A DNA stretch of 57,625 bases from an uncultured bacterium (GTDB taxonomy: Bacteria > Desulfobacterota > GWC2-55-46 > JAJCZF01): positions 1 through 57,625 of the forward strand of contig CBDVCO010000002.1 in the NCBI GenBank assembly GCA_965372515.1. The letters are read 5' to 3'. The notes below the pieces were generated by a model, which saw nothing but the letters and a program-made list of their open reading frames with translations, searched no databases and was not told where the DNA came from. Position numbers and translations under genes: made by a program. Of the stretch, positions 29,008 to 37,527 are shown in pieces (the stretch's first letter is position 1; each line of letters begins with the position of its first letter).

Positions 29008-30078
29008 ATGAAAGACAAGAGGATAGAAAAGCTGGCCTCCATACTCGTTGGCCACGCGTTAAACGTAAAGAAGAACGACACCGTTATGATCGCCGCCTCA
29101 AGCGAGCTCGCCAAACCGCTCGTACTCGAATGCTACAAGGCGGTATTAAAAAGAGGCGGCCATCCGCTTACGAGCGTCGGCTTTGAGGAATGCACCAACA
29201 TCTTCTTCGACAACGCCAGCAAAGCCCAGCTTGAACACCTGCCGAAGACGAAAGTCTACGAGGCCAAGAACATCGACTGCTTTATAAATATCCGCGCGCC
29301 GCAGAACAAGAAAGCGCTCTCCACAGTAGACCCGAAAAAGGCCGGCATACGCGCGATGGCGCTCATGAGCATTAGTACGACCATAGTCAACAGGAACCGC
29401 TGGGTGCTTACGAACTTCCCGACAAACGCTCTGGCGCAGGAAGCCGACATGAGCCTCGCGGAATACGAGGACTTCCTCTACAAAGCGACCAACATAGACT
29501 GGGCCAAAGCCGAAAAGGCACAGACTAAGCTAAAGCGCATACTGGATAAAGGCAACACCGTCCATATCGTCGGAAAAGAGACCGACCTCAAGCTCTCGAT
29601 AAAAGGGCGCCCCGGGATAAAATGCTGCGGCCACCGTAATATGCCCGATGGCGAGGTATTCCTCTCACCTGTCGAGAACTCCGCCGAAGGCCATATATTC
29701 TACGAGATGCCCGCCATATACCAGGGCAGAGAGGTAACAGGCATCAGGCTCACCTTCAAGAAAGGCAAGGTCGTCAAAGCGAGCGCCGATAAGAACGAAG
29801 CCTTCCTCATAGCAACACTCGACACAGACAAAGGCGCACGGTTCCTCGGAGAGCTCGGCGTGGCGACAAACTACGGGGTAAAGAACTTCTCCAAAGACAT
29901 CCTATTCGATGAAAAGATCGGCGGCACAGTGCACCTGGCGGTAGGCAGATCCTACGAAGAGGCCAAAGGCACAAACAAGAGCGCCATACACTGGGATATG
30001 ATAAAAGACCTTCGAGGTGGCGGCAGACTCTATATAGACAAAAAACTCATCCAGAAGAACGGCAAATTCCTGATCTGA
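29008..30078 (+). CDS. Aminopeptidase, peptidase family M29 (AmpS/aminopeptidase T-like)
   Basis: 356 aa. The sequence (MKDKRIEKLASILVGHALNVKKNDTVMI... through ...TVHLAVGRSYEEA...SAIHWDMI) fits M29 family features. AAAGGAGAG lies upstream. Confidence 0.85.
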   Translation: MKDKRIEKLASILVGHALNVKKNDTVMIAASSELAKPLVLECYKAVLKRGGHPLTSVGFEECTNIFFDNASKAQLEHLPKTKVYEAKNIDCFINIRAPQNKKALSTVDPKKAGIRAMALMSISTTIVNRNRWVLTNFPTNALAQEADMSLAEYEDFLYKATNIDWAKAEKAQTKLKRILDKGNTVHIVGKETDLKLSIKGRPGIKCCGHRNMPDGEVFLSPVENSAEGHIFYEMPAIYQGREVTGIRLTFKKGKVVKASADKNEAFLIATLDTDKGARFLGELGVATNYGVKNFSKDILFDEKIGGTVHLAVGRSYEEAKGTNKSAIHWDMIKDLRGGGRLYIDKKLIQKNGKFLI

Positions 30079-30285
30079 CAGACGAGATGGAGACCTCTTG
30101 GGGGAACCTTTCTGGAGAAAGGTTCCCCCAAACCCCCTCCAAAGACTTTTAATATCTTCTGTCTGGCCTGGCCCCCGAAGGCATTAAAGAGGGGGTCAGG
30201 CCAGACAGATACTAAAGTTTTTTGAAGGAGTTTGAGGAAACTTTTTTTCAAAAAAGTTTCCTCAAGAAGTCTCTATCTCGTCTGT
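30078..30285. repeat. 208-bp nested imperfect palindrome (MITE/REP-like element) with 23-bp terminal inverted repeats
   Basis: TIRs are acagacgagatggagacctcttg (30078..30100) and caagaagtctctatctcgtctgt (30263..30285), matching at 21/23 positions. Internal hairpins lie at 30100..30129 (12-bp stem), 30158..30209 (19-bp stem) and 30232..30265. The left half aligns to the reverse complement of the right half along its whole length. Confidence 0.75.
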
Positions 30286-30291
30286 AAAAGC

Positions 30292-30320
30292 TTGACACTT
30301 TCTCTGGCAAGGGATATTAT
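30292..30320 (+). promoter_or_regulatory. Near-consensus sigma70 promoter for gmhA
   Basis: TTGACA (30292..30297), an exact 17-nt spacer, then TATTAT (30315..30320). It lies about 50 nt upstream of the gmhA ATG and begins 7 nt after the palindromic element. Confidence 0.5.
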
Positions 30321-30371
30321 TTCCAATTAAGTACCTACATTTTATGGGGAATTTTCTTACAGAGGGGTTCT

Positions 30372-30968
30372 ATGGAGCGCGATCTGGTCATAAAGTCATT
30401 TAAGGGCAGCCTCAGCGCCAAAGAGGGCTTCTTTACTGACAAGAACATCGATTTATTGATCGAGACGGCCTCTCTGGTAGCCGAGTGTTTCAACTCCGGC
30501 GGAAAGCTTTTGATCGTAGGTAACGGCGGAAGCGCCGCCGACGCCCAGCACATTGCCGCCGAATTCGTAAACCGTTTTGTAATAGAGAGACCGCCTCTTC
30601 CGGCCATAGCTCTCACCACCGATACATCGATACTTACGAGCATAGGCAATGACTACGCCTTTGACCAGATTTTTTCAAAACAGGTCAAGGCGCTCGGCAA
30701 AGAGGGCGATCTTTTGTTGGCTATTTCCACTAGCGGGGATTCGGCAAACGTCGTGAAGGCGGCCCGGACGGCCCGGACTATGGGCATAACGACCGTGGCC
30801 CTTACCGGCAAGAACGGCGGGGAGCTGGCCGGTGTGGTTGACAGGTGTTTAAATGTTGATGAGAGCGTGACCGCGAGGATCCAGGAAGTCCATATCACCA
30901 TCTGTCATATACTCTGCGAGCTTGTGGATCACAAGCTCTTCGACTGTGGCGCAACAGGAGAGGCATGA
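30372..30968 (+). CDS. gmhA: SIS-domain phosphoheptose isomerase (D-sedoheptulose-7-phosphate isomerase)
   Basis: 198 aa. LLIVGNGGSAADAQHIAAEFVNRF, LAISTSGDS and IQEVH resemble the GmhA/DiaA family. GmhA and DiaA cannot be fully separated by eye. Confidence 0.8.
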   Translation: MERDLVIKSFKGSLSAKEGFFTDKNIDLLIETASLVAECFNSGGKLLIVGNGGSAADAQHIAAEFVNRFVIERPPLPAIALTTDTSILTSIGNDYAFDQIFSKQVKALGKEGDLLLAISTSGDSANVVKAARTARTMGITTVALTGKNGGELAGVVDRCLNVDESVTARIQEVHITICHILCELVDHKLFDCGATGEA

Positions 30969-31903
30969 AATTCAAGCCGCTTGACGCCAACAATATAAAG
31001 ACCTACTCGATTAAGGATAGGAAGAGCAAGGTCACTATAGACGACTTCGCCACCTGCCCGGGAAAGGGAGCGTCAATGGCGGACTTTCTCGCCGGGCTGC
31101 CGAATATTTTAGGCGCCGGAGATCTAAAGGAAGTAGCGGCGAGGATAGTGGCGGCGCATAAGGGGGGTAAGACCGTAGCGCTTGGCATGGGGGCCCACGT
31201 AATAAAGGTAGGGCTCGGGCCTATCATAATAGAGATGATGGAGCGGGGCATTGTCAGTGCCGTAGCTATGAACGGGGCCTGCATAGTCCACGACTTTGAG
31301 ACGGCCTTTATCGGGTGCACATCGGAGGATGTCGATTCCGAATTGCTCGGCGGCAACTTCGGCATGGCCGAGGAGACCGGCTCTCTCTTAAACAAGGCCA
31401 TAAATAACGCCGCGGGTAAGGGGCTTGGCCGGGCGATCGGCGATATGATCAACGCGAGTGATTTTCCTTATAAGGAGAAGAGCATACTCGCCGCCGGAGC
31501 TAGGCTCGACATCCCTGTGACCGTGCACGTAGCCGTTGGCACGGATATCGTCCACATACACCCCTCTGTTGACGGGGCAACGACCGGAGAGGCGACCTTA
31601 AAGGACTTTCAGCTCTTCACCGGCGTGGTAAGCACGCTCCAGGACGGGGTATACCTGAATGTCGGTTCTGCCGTACTCCTGCCGGAAGTATTCTTGAAGG
31701 CGCTGACCTTAGCGAGAAACCTCGGGCACAAGGTAGAGGACTTTACCACGGTGAATATGGACTTTATTCAGCACTACCGCCCCGTGACCAATGTCGTAAA
31801 AAGGCCGGTCAAAGGGGGCGCTGGCAAAGGGTTCAGCCTGACGGGCCATCACGAGATAATGGTGCCGCTTTTATACGCGGCGATAATCGAAGGTCTAGAC
31901 TAG
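30965..31903 (+). CDS. Deoxyhypusine-synthase-like (DHS-like NAD-binding fold) protein of unknown function
   Basis: 312 aa. GKTVALGMGAHVIKVGLGPIIIEMMERGIVSAVAMNGACIVHDFETA and later DIPVTVHVAVGTDIVH and LNVGSAVLLPEVF parallel the DHS core segments as I recall them. This is a weak by-eye call. The start overlaps the gmhA stop (ATGA). Confidence 0.4.
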   Translation: MKFKPLDANNIKTYSIKDRKSKVTIDDFATCPGKGASMADFLAGLPNILGAGDLKEVAARIVAAHKGGKTVALGMGAHVIKVGLGPIIIEMMERGIVSAVAMNGACIVHDFETAFIGCTSEDVDSELLGGNFGMAEETGSLLNKAINNAAGKGLGRAIGDMINASDFPYKEKSILAAGARLDIPVTVHVAVGTDIVHIHPSVDGATTGEATLKDFQLFTGVVSTLQDGVYLNVGSAVLLPEVFLKALTLARNLGHKVEDFTTVNMDFIQHYRPVTNVVKRPVKGGAGKGFSLTGHHEIMVPLLYAAIIEGLD

Positions 31904-31905
31904 AT

Positions 31906-33306
31906 ATGAAAAAGACGACGAAAAAACTCTGGGCGGGCAGGTTCACCGGACGCTCGAACGCCCTTGCGGAGGCCTTTAACTCATCGCTTGGCTTTGACTA
32001 CAAACTTGCCCCGCACGACATAGAGGGAAGCGCCGCGCACGCGCGCGTCCTTGAAAAGGCCGGGGTTCTGACAAAGAATGAGACCAAGAAGATCATAGGC
32101 GGGCTAAAGAAGATCACAAAAGAGCTAACCACAGGGGATCTCTCTTTAAAGTCCGGCGCGGAAGATATACATATGCTGATCGAGGAGAGGCTAACAGAGC
32201 TTATCGGGCCGCTTGGAGGTAAGCTTCACACAGGGCGCTCCAGGAACGACCAGGTCGCGCTCGATATACGGCTCTATCTAAAGGACGAGATCAATGCGAT
32301 ACTCGCTCTGCTTGCCGAGCTTCAGGCTACCTTCGTAAAGCTCGCACAGGTAAACATCGAGGCGATAATGCCGGGCTATACGCATCTTCAGCGTGCCCAG
32401 CCCGTACTCTTCTCGCACCATATGCTCGCCTACTTTGAGATGCTTGGAAGAGACATTGAGCGTTTTGAGGATTGCTACAAGAGAACCGACGTAATGCCGC
32501 TTGGCGCGGGAGCGCTCGCCGGAAGCCCGTATAAACTGGACCGGAAACTCGCCGCGAAGCTACTCGGTTTTTCCGCCGTTACGAAGAACAGCATGGACAG
32601 CGTCTCGGACAGGGATAACGCCATAGAGTTTACGTCGAGCGCGGCGATCTGCATGATGCATCTCTCGAGGCTCGCCGAGGAGCTTATCCTCTGGAGTTCG
32701 AGCGAGTTCGGCTTTATAGAGTTTTCAGATGCCTTCGCTACCGGATCTTCGATCATGCCGCAAAAGAAGAACCCCGACGTCGCCGAACTTATAAGGGGAA
32801 AGGCCGGAAGGGTTTACGGCAGCCTTACGACACTTCTAACTATGATGAAGGGTCTGCCGCTAGCGTACAATAAGGATATGCAGGAGGATAAAGAGCCGGT
32901 ATTCGACACGGTAGATACGCTAAAGACGGTGCTCACGGTGCTCCCTCCGATGCTCGCGTCAATGAAGGTAAATAAAGAGGCCATGAAAAAGGCCACGAAA
33001 GAGGGCTTTTTGACCGCCACCGACGCGGCCGACTATCTCGCTGCTTTGGGCGTACCCTTCAGAGAGAGCCATGCAATAGTAGGACGCGCGGTCAAGCACT
33101 GCATAAAGAAAAAGATAACGCTGGAGGAGCTTTCCCTTAAAGAGTGGAAAGGTTTCTCAAAGCTCTTTGACAAGGATATCCAGAAGGTCGTCTCCGTTGA
33201 GTCCAGTGTAAATAGCAGACGGGTATCCGGCGGAACCGCTCCAATGGAAGTAAAAAAGAGACTAAAAGAGATCGCGGCATTAAAGAGACCGAAGAAGAAA
33301 AGATGA
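31906..33306 (+). CDS. argH: Argininosuccinate lyase
   Basis: KLWAGRFTG..., GYTHLQRAQP and GSSIMPQKKNPD signature sequences are present. 466 aa. Confidence 0.97.
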   Translation: MKKTTKKLWAGRFTGRSNALAEAFNSSLGFDYKLAPHDIEGSAAHARVLEKAGVLTKNETKKIIGGLKKITKELTTGDLSLKSGAEDIHMLIEERLTELIGPLGGKLHTGRSRNDQVALDIRLYLKDEINAILALLAELQATFVKLAQVNIEAIMPGYTHLQRAQPVLFSHHMLAYFEMLGRDIERFEDCYKRTDVMPLGAGALAGSPYKLDRKLAAKLLGFSAVTKNSMDSVSDRDNAIEFTSSAAICMMHLSRLAEELILWSSSEFGFIEFSDAFATGSSIMPQKKNPDVAELIRGKAGRVYGSLTTLLTMMKGLPLAYNKDMQEDKEPVFDTVDTLKTVLTVLPPMLASMKVNKEAMKKATKEGFLTATDAADYLAALGVPFRESHAIVGRAVKHCIKKKITLEELSLKEWKGFSKLFDKDIQKVVSVESSVNSRRVSGGTAPMEVKKRLKEIAALKRPKKKR

Positions 33307-33473
33307 AAAATATAAAGACAAAAAAGATCGGCCGCATGATCGTAAGCGCGCTCTTTATATTCGCCCTGCTCGCCACACCCATAGTGCTTGGCTGTGGGAA
33401 GAAGGGCCCGCCTAAGCCGCCCAAGCCGGCTAAGCCGCATAAAGTGAGTTCAACCTCGCAGTTGCCGGCTTAA
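33303..33473 (+). CDS. Small lipoprotein, LptM (YifL)-like
   Basis: This 56-aa ORF falls below the ORF-track cutoff: MKNIKTKKIGRMIVSALFIFALLATPIVLGCGKKGPPKPPKPAKPHKVSSTSQLPA. It has a signal peptide, a lipobox (VLGC) and a GCGKKGP motif. The ATG overlaps the argH stop. It sits directly upstream of lysA-dapF, as yifL/lptM sits upstream of dapF in E. coli. Confidence 0.65.
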   Translation: MKNIKTKKIGRMIVSALFIFALLATPIVLGCGKKGPPKPPKPAKPHKVSSTSQLPA

Positions 33474-33533
33474 GGCCGCGTCAATTCATAAGAGCACCTC
33501 TAATTCATTCTCTACTTTTTTTAAAGGAGCTAC

Positions 33534-34811
33534 ATGCACTATTTTCAATATAAGGGGAAGTCATTATATGCCGAGGACGTCCCGATATCGAAGATCACGA
33601 AGGCCGTCGGCACGCCGACATACATATACAGCAAGAGAACGCTAAAGAGGCACTACAACGCCTTTAACGAGGCCTTCAGTGGCGTGGAGAATATTATCTG
33701 CTACTCTGTCAAGGCGAACTCGAACCTCTCGGTGCTGGCAACCTTCGTAGATGCGGGTTCCGGTTTTGACATAGTCTCAGGCGGAGAACTGTTCCGTGCG
33801 CTCAAGGCCGGCGCCGACCCGAAAAAAATTGTCTTCTCCGGCGTTGGTAAACGCGAGGACGAGATCGAGTACGCGCTAAACACGAAGATACTCCTCTTTA
33901 ACGTGGAGAGCCCCCAGGAGCTTCGGCTTATAAACAAGGTCGCAGGAAGGCTCAAGAAAAGAGCGGGAGTGGCGATAAGGATAAACCCGAATGTCGACCC
34001 GAAGACGCATCCCTATATCTCAACCGGACTCAAGACGAACAAGTTCGGCATTGAGACAAAGGAGGCCCTCGGTGAATATGTCTACGCTAAGAAGAGGCTG
34101 AAGAACCTCGATCTGCTCGGCGTAGACTGCCACATCGGCTCACAGATAACGGCGCTCGGCCCGTTTGTGGACGCGCTAAAGAAGTCCCGGACATTTATAA
34201 ATAAGCTAAGGCGTGAGGGCGTTGACATTACCTATCTCGACCTCGGCGGCGGGCTCGGCATAACATACGAGGATGAAGAGGCCCCTCACCCGTCGAAATA
34301 CGGCGAGGCCGTAATAGAAGGTACAAAGGGGCTCGGGGTCACGCTTATCTTCGAACCCGGCAGGGCCATTGCGGGCAATGCCGGTGTTCTCGTCACAAGC
34401 GTACTCTACACAAAGAAGGGCACGAAGAAGAGGTTCGTGATCGTCGACGCGGGCATGAACGATCTGGGCAGGCCGAGCCTCTACGGCTCTTATCACGCCG
34501 TAATGCCCGTGAAGATGCCTGTGAAAGGAGCGCGTAAAATAAAGGCGGATATAGTCGGGCCGATATGCGAGTCCGGAGATTTTCTCGCACAGGACAGGAT
34601 GCTGCCGCCCCTTAAGCAAGGCGACCTCATTTCAATTATGAGCGCCGGGGCATACGGCTATACAATGTCGAGCAACTATAACTCAAGGACGAGAGCCGCA
34701 GAGGTAATGGTCGACGAAAAGGAATTCTCCGTTATAAGAAAGAGAGAGACCCTTGCTGACCTTATAAACGGAGAAAGCCTGCCAAAGAAAGCCGGGAAAA
34801 AGAAGAGATGA
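33534..34811 (+). CDS. lysA: Diaminopimelate decarboxylase
   Basis: 425 aa of PLP fold-type III. CYSVKAN and GGGLGI motifs are present, as is a CESGD active-site segment. Confidence 0.97.
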   Translation: MHYFQYKGKSLYAEDVPISKITKAVGTPTYIYSKRTLKRHYNAFNEAFSGVENIICYSVKANSNLSVLATFVDAGSGFDIVSGGELFRALKAGADPKKIVFSGVGKREDEIEYALNTKILLFNVESPQELRLINKVAGRLKKRAGVAIRINPNVDPKTHPYISTGLKTNKFGIETKEALGEYVYAKKRLKNLDLLGVDCHIGSQITALGPFVDALKKSRTFINKLRREGVDITYLDLGGGLGITYEDEEAPHPSKYGEAVIEGTKGLGVTLIFEPGRAIAGNAGVLVTSVLYTKKGTKKRFVIVDAGMNDLGRPSLYGSYHAVMPVKMPVKGARKIKADIVGPICESGDFLAQDRMLPPLKQGDLISIMSAGAYGYTMSSNYNSRTRAAEVMVDEKEFSVIRKRETLADLINGESLPKKAGKKKR

Positions 34812-35647
34812 AGATCGAGTTTACAAAGATGCACGGCCTTGGGAACGACTTTATACTTCTCGATCTTCGCAAGCGCTCCATATCCGGGCTCGCGGGCTTA
34901 ATAAAAAAACTCTCGCACAGGCGCTTTGCTATCGGCTTTGACCAGGCCCTGATACTTAAAGAGTCGAAAAAAGCCGACTTCCGTATGGATATATATAACG
35001 CTGACGGAGGCTTGGTCGAGATGTGCGGCAACGGGATAAGGTGTTTCGCGAAATATATATGGGACAGGAAGCTATCCAAAAAGAAAGTCCTCTCCATAGA
35101 GACCCTTGCCGGTATTATGAAACCGGAGAAAGAAGGGGCGCTTATTAAAGTGGACATGGGAGAGCCGATACTTGAAGCGAGGCTTATACCGATCAGGACG
35201 AGCGCGAACCTTAAAAAAGAAGTCATTGATATGCCATTCAAAGCGGGCAAGAAGAGTTTTAAGATTACCTGCGTCTCCATGGGCAACCCTCACGCCGTCA
35301 TCTTTGTCGATGACGTAGCGGGCTTTCCGGTCAGCGGCCTCGGCCCGGTCATTGAGGCCAGCGCAAAATTCCCGCAAGGGACCAATGTCGAGTTCGTGGA
35401 GGTTATAAACTCAAAGCGCCTTAAGATGCGTGTGTGGGAACGCGGCGCAGGCGAGACTCTTGCCTGCGGCACCGGGGCATGCGCCGCGGTAGTGGCGGCG
35501 AATCTAACAGGCAGGATAAAACGCTCCGCTACTGTTGAGCTTCTAGGCGGAGAGCTAAAGATTGAGCTAGGCAAGGATAACCGCGTCTACATGACGGGCC
35601 CTGCCGTAGAGAGTTTTTCCGGTTCGATAGAGACCGCGAATATTTAG
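34808..35647 (+). CDS. dapF: Diaminopimelate epimerase
   Basis: FTKMHGLGNDFILLD is present. Both catalytic Cys contexts are present (EMCGNGIRC, LACGTGACA). ATGA overlap with lysA. Confidence 0.97.
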   Translation: MKIEFTKMHGLGNDFILLDLRKRSISGLAGLIKKLSHRRFAIGFDQALILKESKKADFRMDIYNADGGLVEMCGNGIRCFAKYIWDRKLSKKKVLSIETLAGIMKPEKEGALIKVDMGEPILEARLIPIRTSANLKKEVIDMPFKAGKKSFKITCVSMGNPHAVIFVDDVAGFPVSGLGPVIEASAKFPQGTNVEFVEVINSKRLKMRVWERGAGETLACGTGACAAVVAANLTGRIKRSATVELLGGELKIELGKDNRVYMTGPAVESFSGSIETANI

Positions 35648-35680
35648 CGGATATAAAGTTTTTTTAAGGAGGTAGTTAAG

Positions 35681-36553
35681 ATGTTAGAAGGAGCTTTGAC
35701 CGCCCTTGTCACACCGTTCAAGGACGGCAAAATAGACGAAGAGCCCTTGAGAGAGCATATTGAAAGGCAGATCGAGGGTGGCATTAACGGCCTTGTCCCG
35801 TGCGGCACGACCGGCGAGAGCGCGACTCTTACGCACGATGAGCACAGGCGCGTCATCGATATAACCGTCGAGACGGCAAAAGGGAGGGTCCCTGTAGTAG
35901 CCGGCACCGGGTCGAACTCGACCTCCGAGAGCGTAATGCTTACCGGGTTCGCCAAAGAGGCGGGCGCCGACGCGGCGCTCCTCATTACACCCTACTACAA
36001 CAAGCCTTCTCAGGAGGGGCTCTTTCAGCACTATAAGACCGTCGCCGAAAGCGTAGATATTCCGATCGTACTATACAACGTTCCTAGCAGGACCGCTGTG
36101 AATATGACCCCTGAGACAACGGCGAGGCTCTCTGAGATCGACTCAATCATCGGCATAAAGGAGGCCACAGGCGACCTTGAGCAGGTAATCGAGACCATAA
36201 AGCTCGCAAGAGACGGCTTCATACTGCTCTCAGGAGATGACGCGGCAACCCTGCCTATCCTCAATGCCGGAGGACACGGCGTTATAAGCGTAACCTCAAA
36301 CCTGGTGCCAAATGATGTCGCGAAGATGTACGAGGCCTTTAAAGAGGGGCGTGCTGAAGAAGCCCGGGAGATTCACGAGCGCCTTCTACCGCTAAGCTCC
36401 GCCATGTTCATTGAGACAAACCCGGTACCGGTTAAGACGGCGCTCTCTATGATGGGACTTATAAGCGAAGAGCTCCGCCTGCCGCTGGTCCGGATGGGTA
36501 AAGCGAATAAAGAGAGACTTGAGGGTGCGCTCAAGGAATACGGACTCATATAA
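35681..36553 (+). CDS. dapA: 4-hydroxy-tetrahydrodipicolinate synthase
   Basis: GALTALVTPF, GTTGES and YNVPSRT are present, with a catalytic Lys context of IIGIKEATG. TAAGGAGG lies upstream. Confidence 0.97.
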   Translation: MLEGALTALVTPFKDGKIDEEPLREHIERQIEGGINGLVPCGTTGESATLTHDEHRRVIDITVETAKGRVPVVAGTGSNSTSESVMLTGFAKEAGADAALLITPYYNKPSQEGLFQHYKTVAESVDIPIVLYNVPSRTAVNMTPETTARLSEIDSIIGIKEATGDLEQVIETIKLARDGFILLSGDDAATLPILNAGGHGVISVTSNLVPNDVAKMYEAFKEGRAEEAREIHERLLPLSSAMFIETNPVPVKTALSMMGLISEELRLPLVRMGKANKERLEGALKEYGLI

Positions 36554-36565
36554 AGGAGAAGAGAG

Positions 36566-37372
36566 ATGATATCAATAGCCGTAGCCGGCGCCTGCGGAAG
36601 AATGGGCAAGGCGCTGATAAATGCGATCACAGAGGAGCCCGCCACAGAGCTCTCCGGGGCGCTTGAGAGACCCGGCCATGAACTCATTGGAAAGGACGCC
36701 GGAACTGTCTCCGGCATAGAGAAGCTGGGGGTAAAGATCAATGATACGGCGGAGAAGGCATTTAAAGAAGCCGAGACGATAATCGACTTTACCGCGCCGG
36801 AGGCGACCATGCAAAACCTGGAGCTTGCCTCGAAGATTGGTCTGGCGGCGGTTATCGGGACAACCGGGTTCTCGCACCAGCAACGCGACAGGATAAAGGA
36901 GCTTTCAAAGACCACCCGGATAGTGCTTGCCCCGAATATGAGCATAGGCGTAAATACGCTCTTAAAACTCGTCGAGGACGCGGCCGGTATTCTCGGCGAC
37001 GCGTACGACGTCGAGATAATCGAAAGCCACCACAGGCACAAGAAGGACGCCCCCTCGGGCACGGCGCTTCGCATTGCCGAGGTCGCGGCCAAAGCGCTTG
37101 GCCGCGACCTTGACAAGGTCGCGGTATACGAGCGAAAGGGGATCATCGGGGAGAGAAAACAAACAGAGATCGGCATCCAGTGCATCCGGGCCGGCGATAT
37201 AGTAGGAGACCATACTATAATCTTCGCGGCACCCGGGGAGAGAATAGAACTTACCCATAAAGCCCAGAGCAGGGACACCTTTGCAAAAGGGGCGGTCAAG
37301 GCGGCCGTCTGGCTCTCCAAAAAACCAAACGGGCTCTATGACATGCAGGACGTGCTCGGGCTTAATACCTAA
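36566..37372 (+). CDS. dapB: 4-hydroxy-tetrahydrodipicolinate reductase
   Basis: IAVAGACGRMG Rossmann motif, EIIESHHRHKKDAPSGTA signature. 268 aa. Confidence 0.97.
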   Translation: MISIAVAGACGRMGKALINAITEEPATELSGALERPGHELIGKDAGTVSGIEKLGVKINDTAEKAFKEAETIIDFTAPEATMQNLELASKIGLAAVIGTTGFSHQQRDRIKELSKTTRIVLAPNMSIGVNTLLKLVEDAAGILGDAYDVEIIESHHRHKKDAPSGTALRIAEVAAKALGRDLDKVAVYERKGIIGERKQTEIGIQCIRAGDIVGDHTIIFAAPGERIELTHKAQSRDTFAKGAVKAAVWLSKKPNGLYDMQDVLGLNT

Positions 37373-37386
37373 TATCTTGGAATTTT

Positions 37387-37416
37387 TTGACTCCTATCCC
37401 CTTTTCAGGTTATAAT
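37387..37416 (+). promoter_or_regulatory. Candidate sigma70 promoter upstream of the dsbC-like gene
   Basis: TTGACT (37387..37392), an 18-nt spacer, then TATAAT (37411..37416). It would give a leader of about 105 nt. Confidence 0.4.
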
Positions 37417-37527
37417 ATAGCGCAATCCATACAATATAGCCTTTTTTCGCCTGGCTATGGAAAATAATCGCAGGTATCTATAGCTTGTGATACAATTTAT
37501 GTTCCATATTATGAAAGGACCTTCAAA

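Noticed and set aside
30030-30251. A 73-aa minus-strand ORF inside the 208-bp palindrome, and the 64-aa ORF at 28920..29114.
   Set aside because: Both are generated by the palindromic/repeat sequence or overlap the aminopeptidase start. Neither has a ribosome-binding site or a recognisable protein family.
28739-30371. CRISPR remnant or integron attC interpretation of the repeats flanking the aminopeptidase gene.
   Set aside because: There is no regular repeat-spacer periodicity. The copies are in inverted rather than direct orientation. No RYYYAAC/GTTRRRY core sites are present, and there are no cas or intI genes in the window.
36373-37320. A 315-aa ORF antisense to dapA/dapB. Similar long antisense ORFs occur at 15263..15829, 39773..40543, 56435..57322, 8613..9104 and 12573..13142.
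   Set aside because: All lie opposite strongly supported conserved genes. They have Ser/Ala/Pro/Arg-rich low-complexity translations with no recognisable motifs and no Shine-Dalgarno sequence. They are typical shadow ORFs of GC-biased coding DNA.
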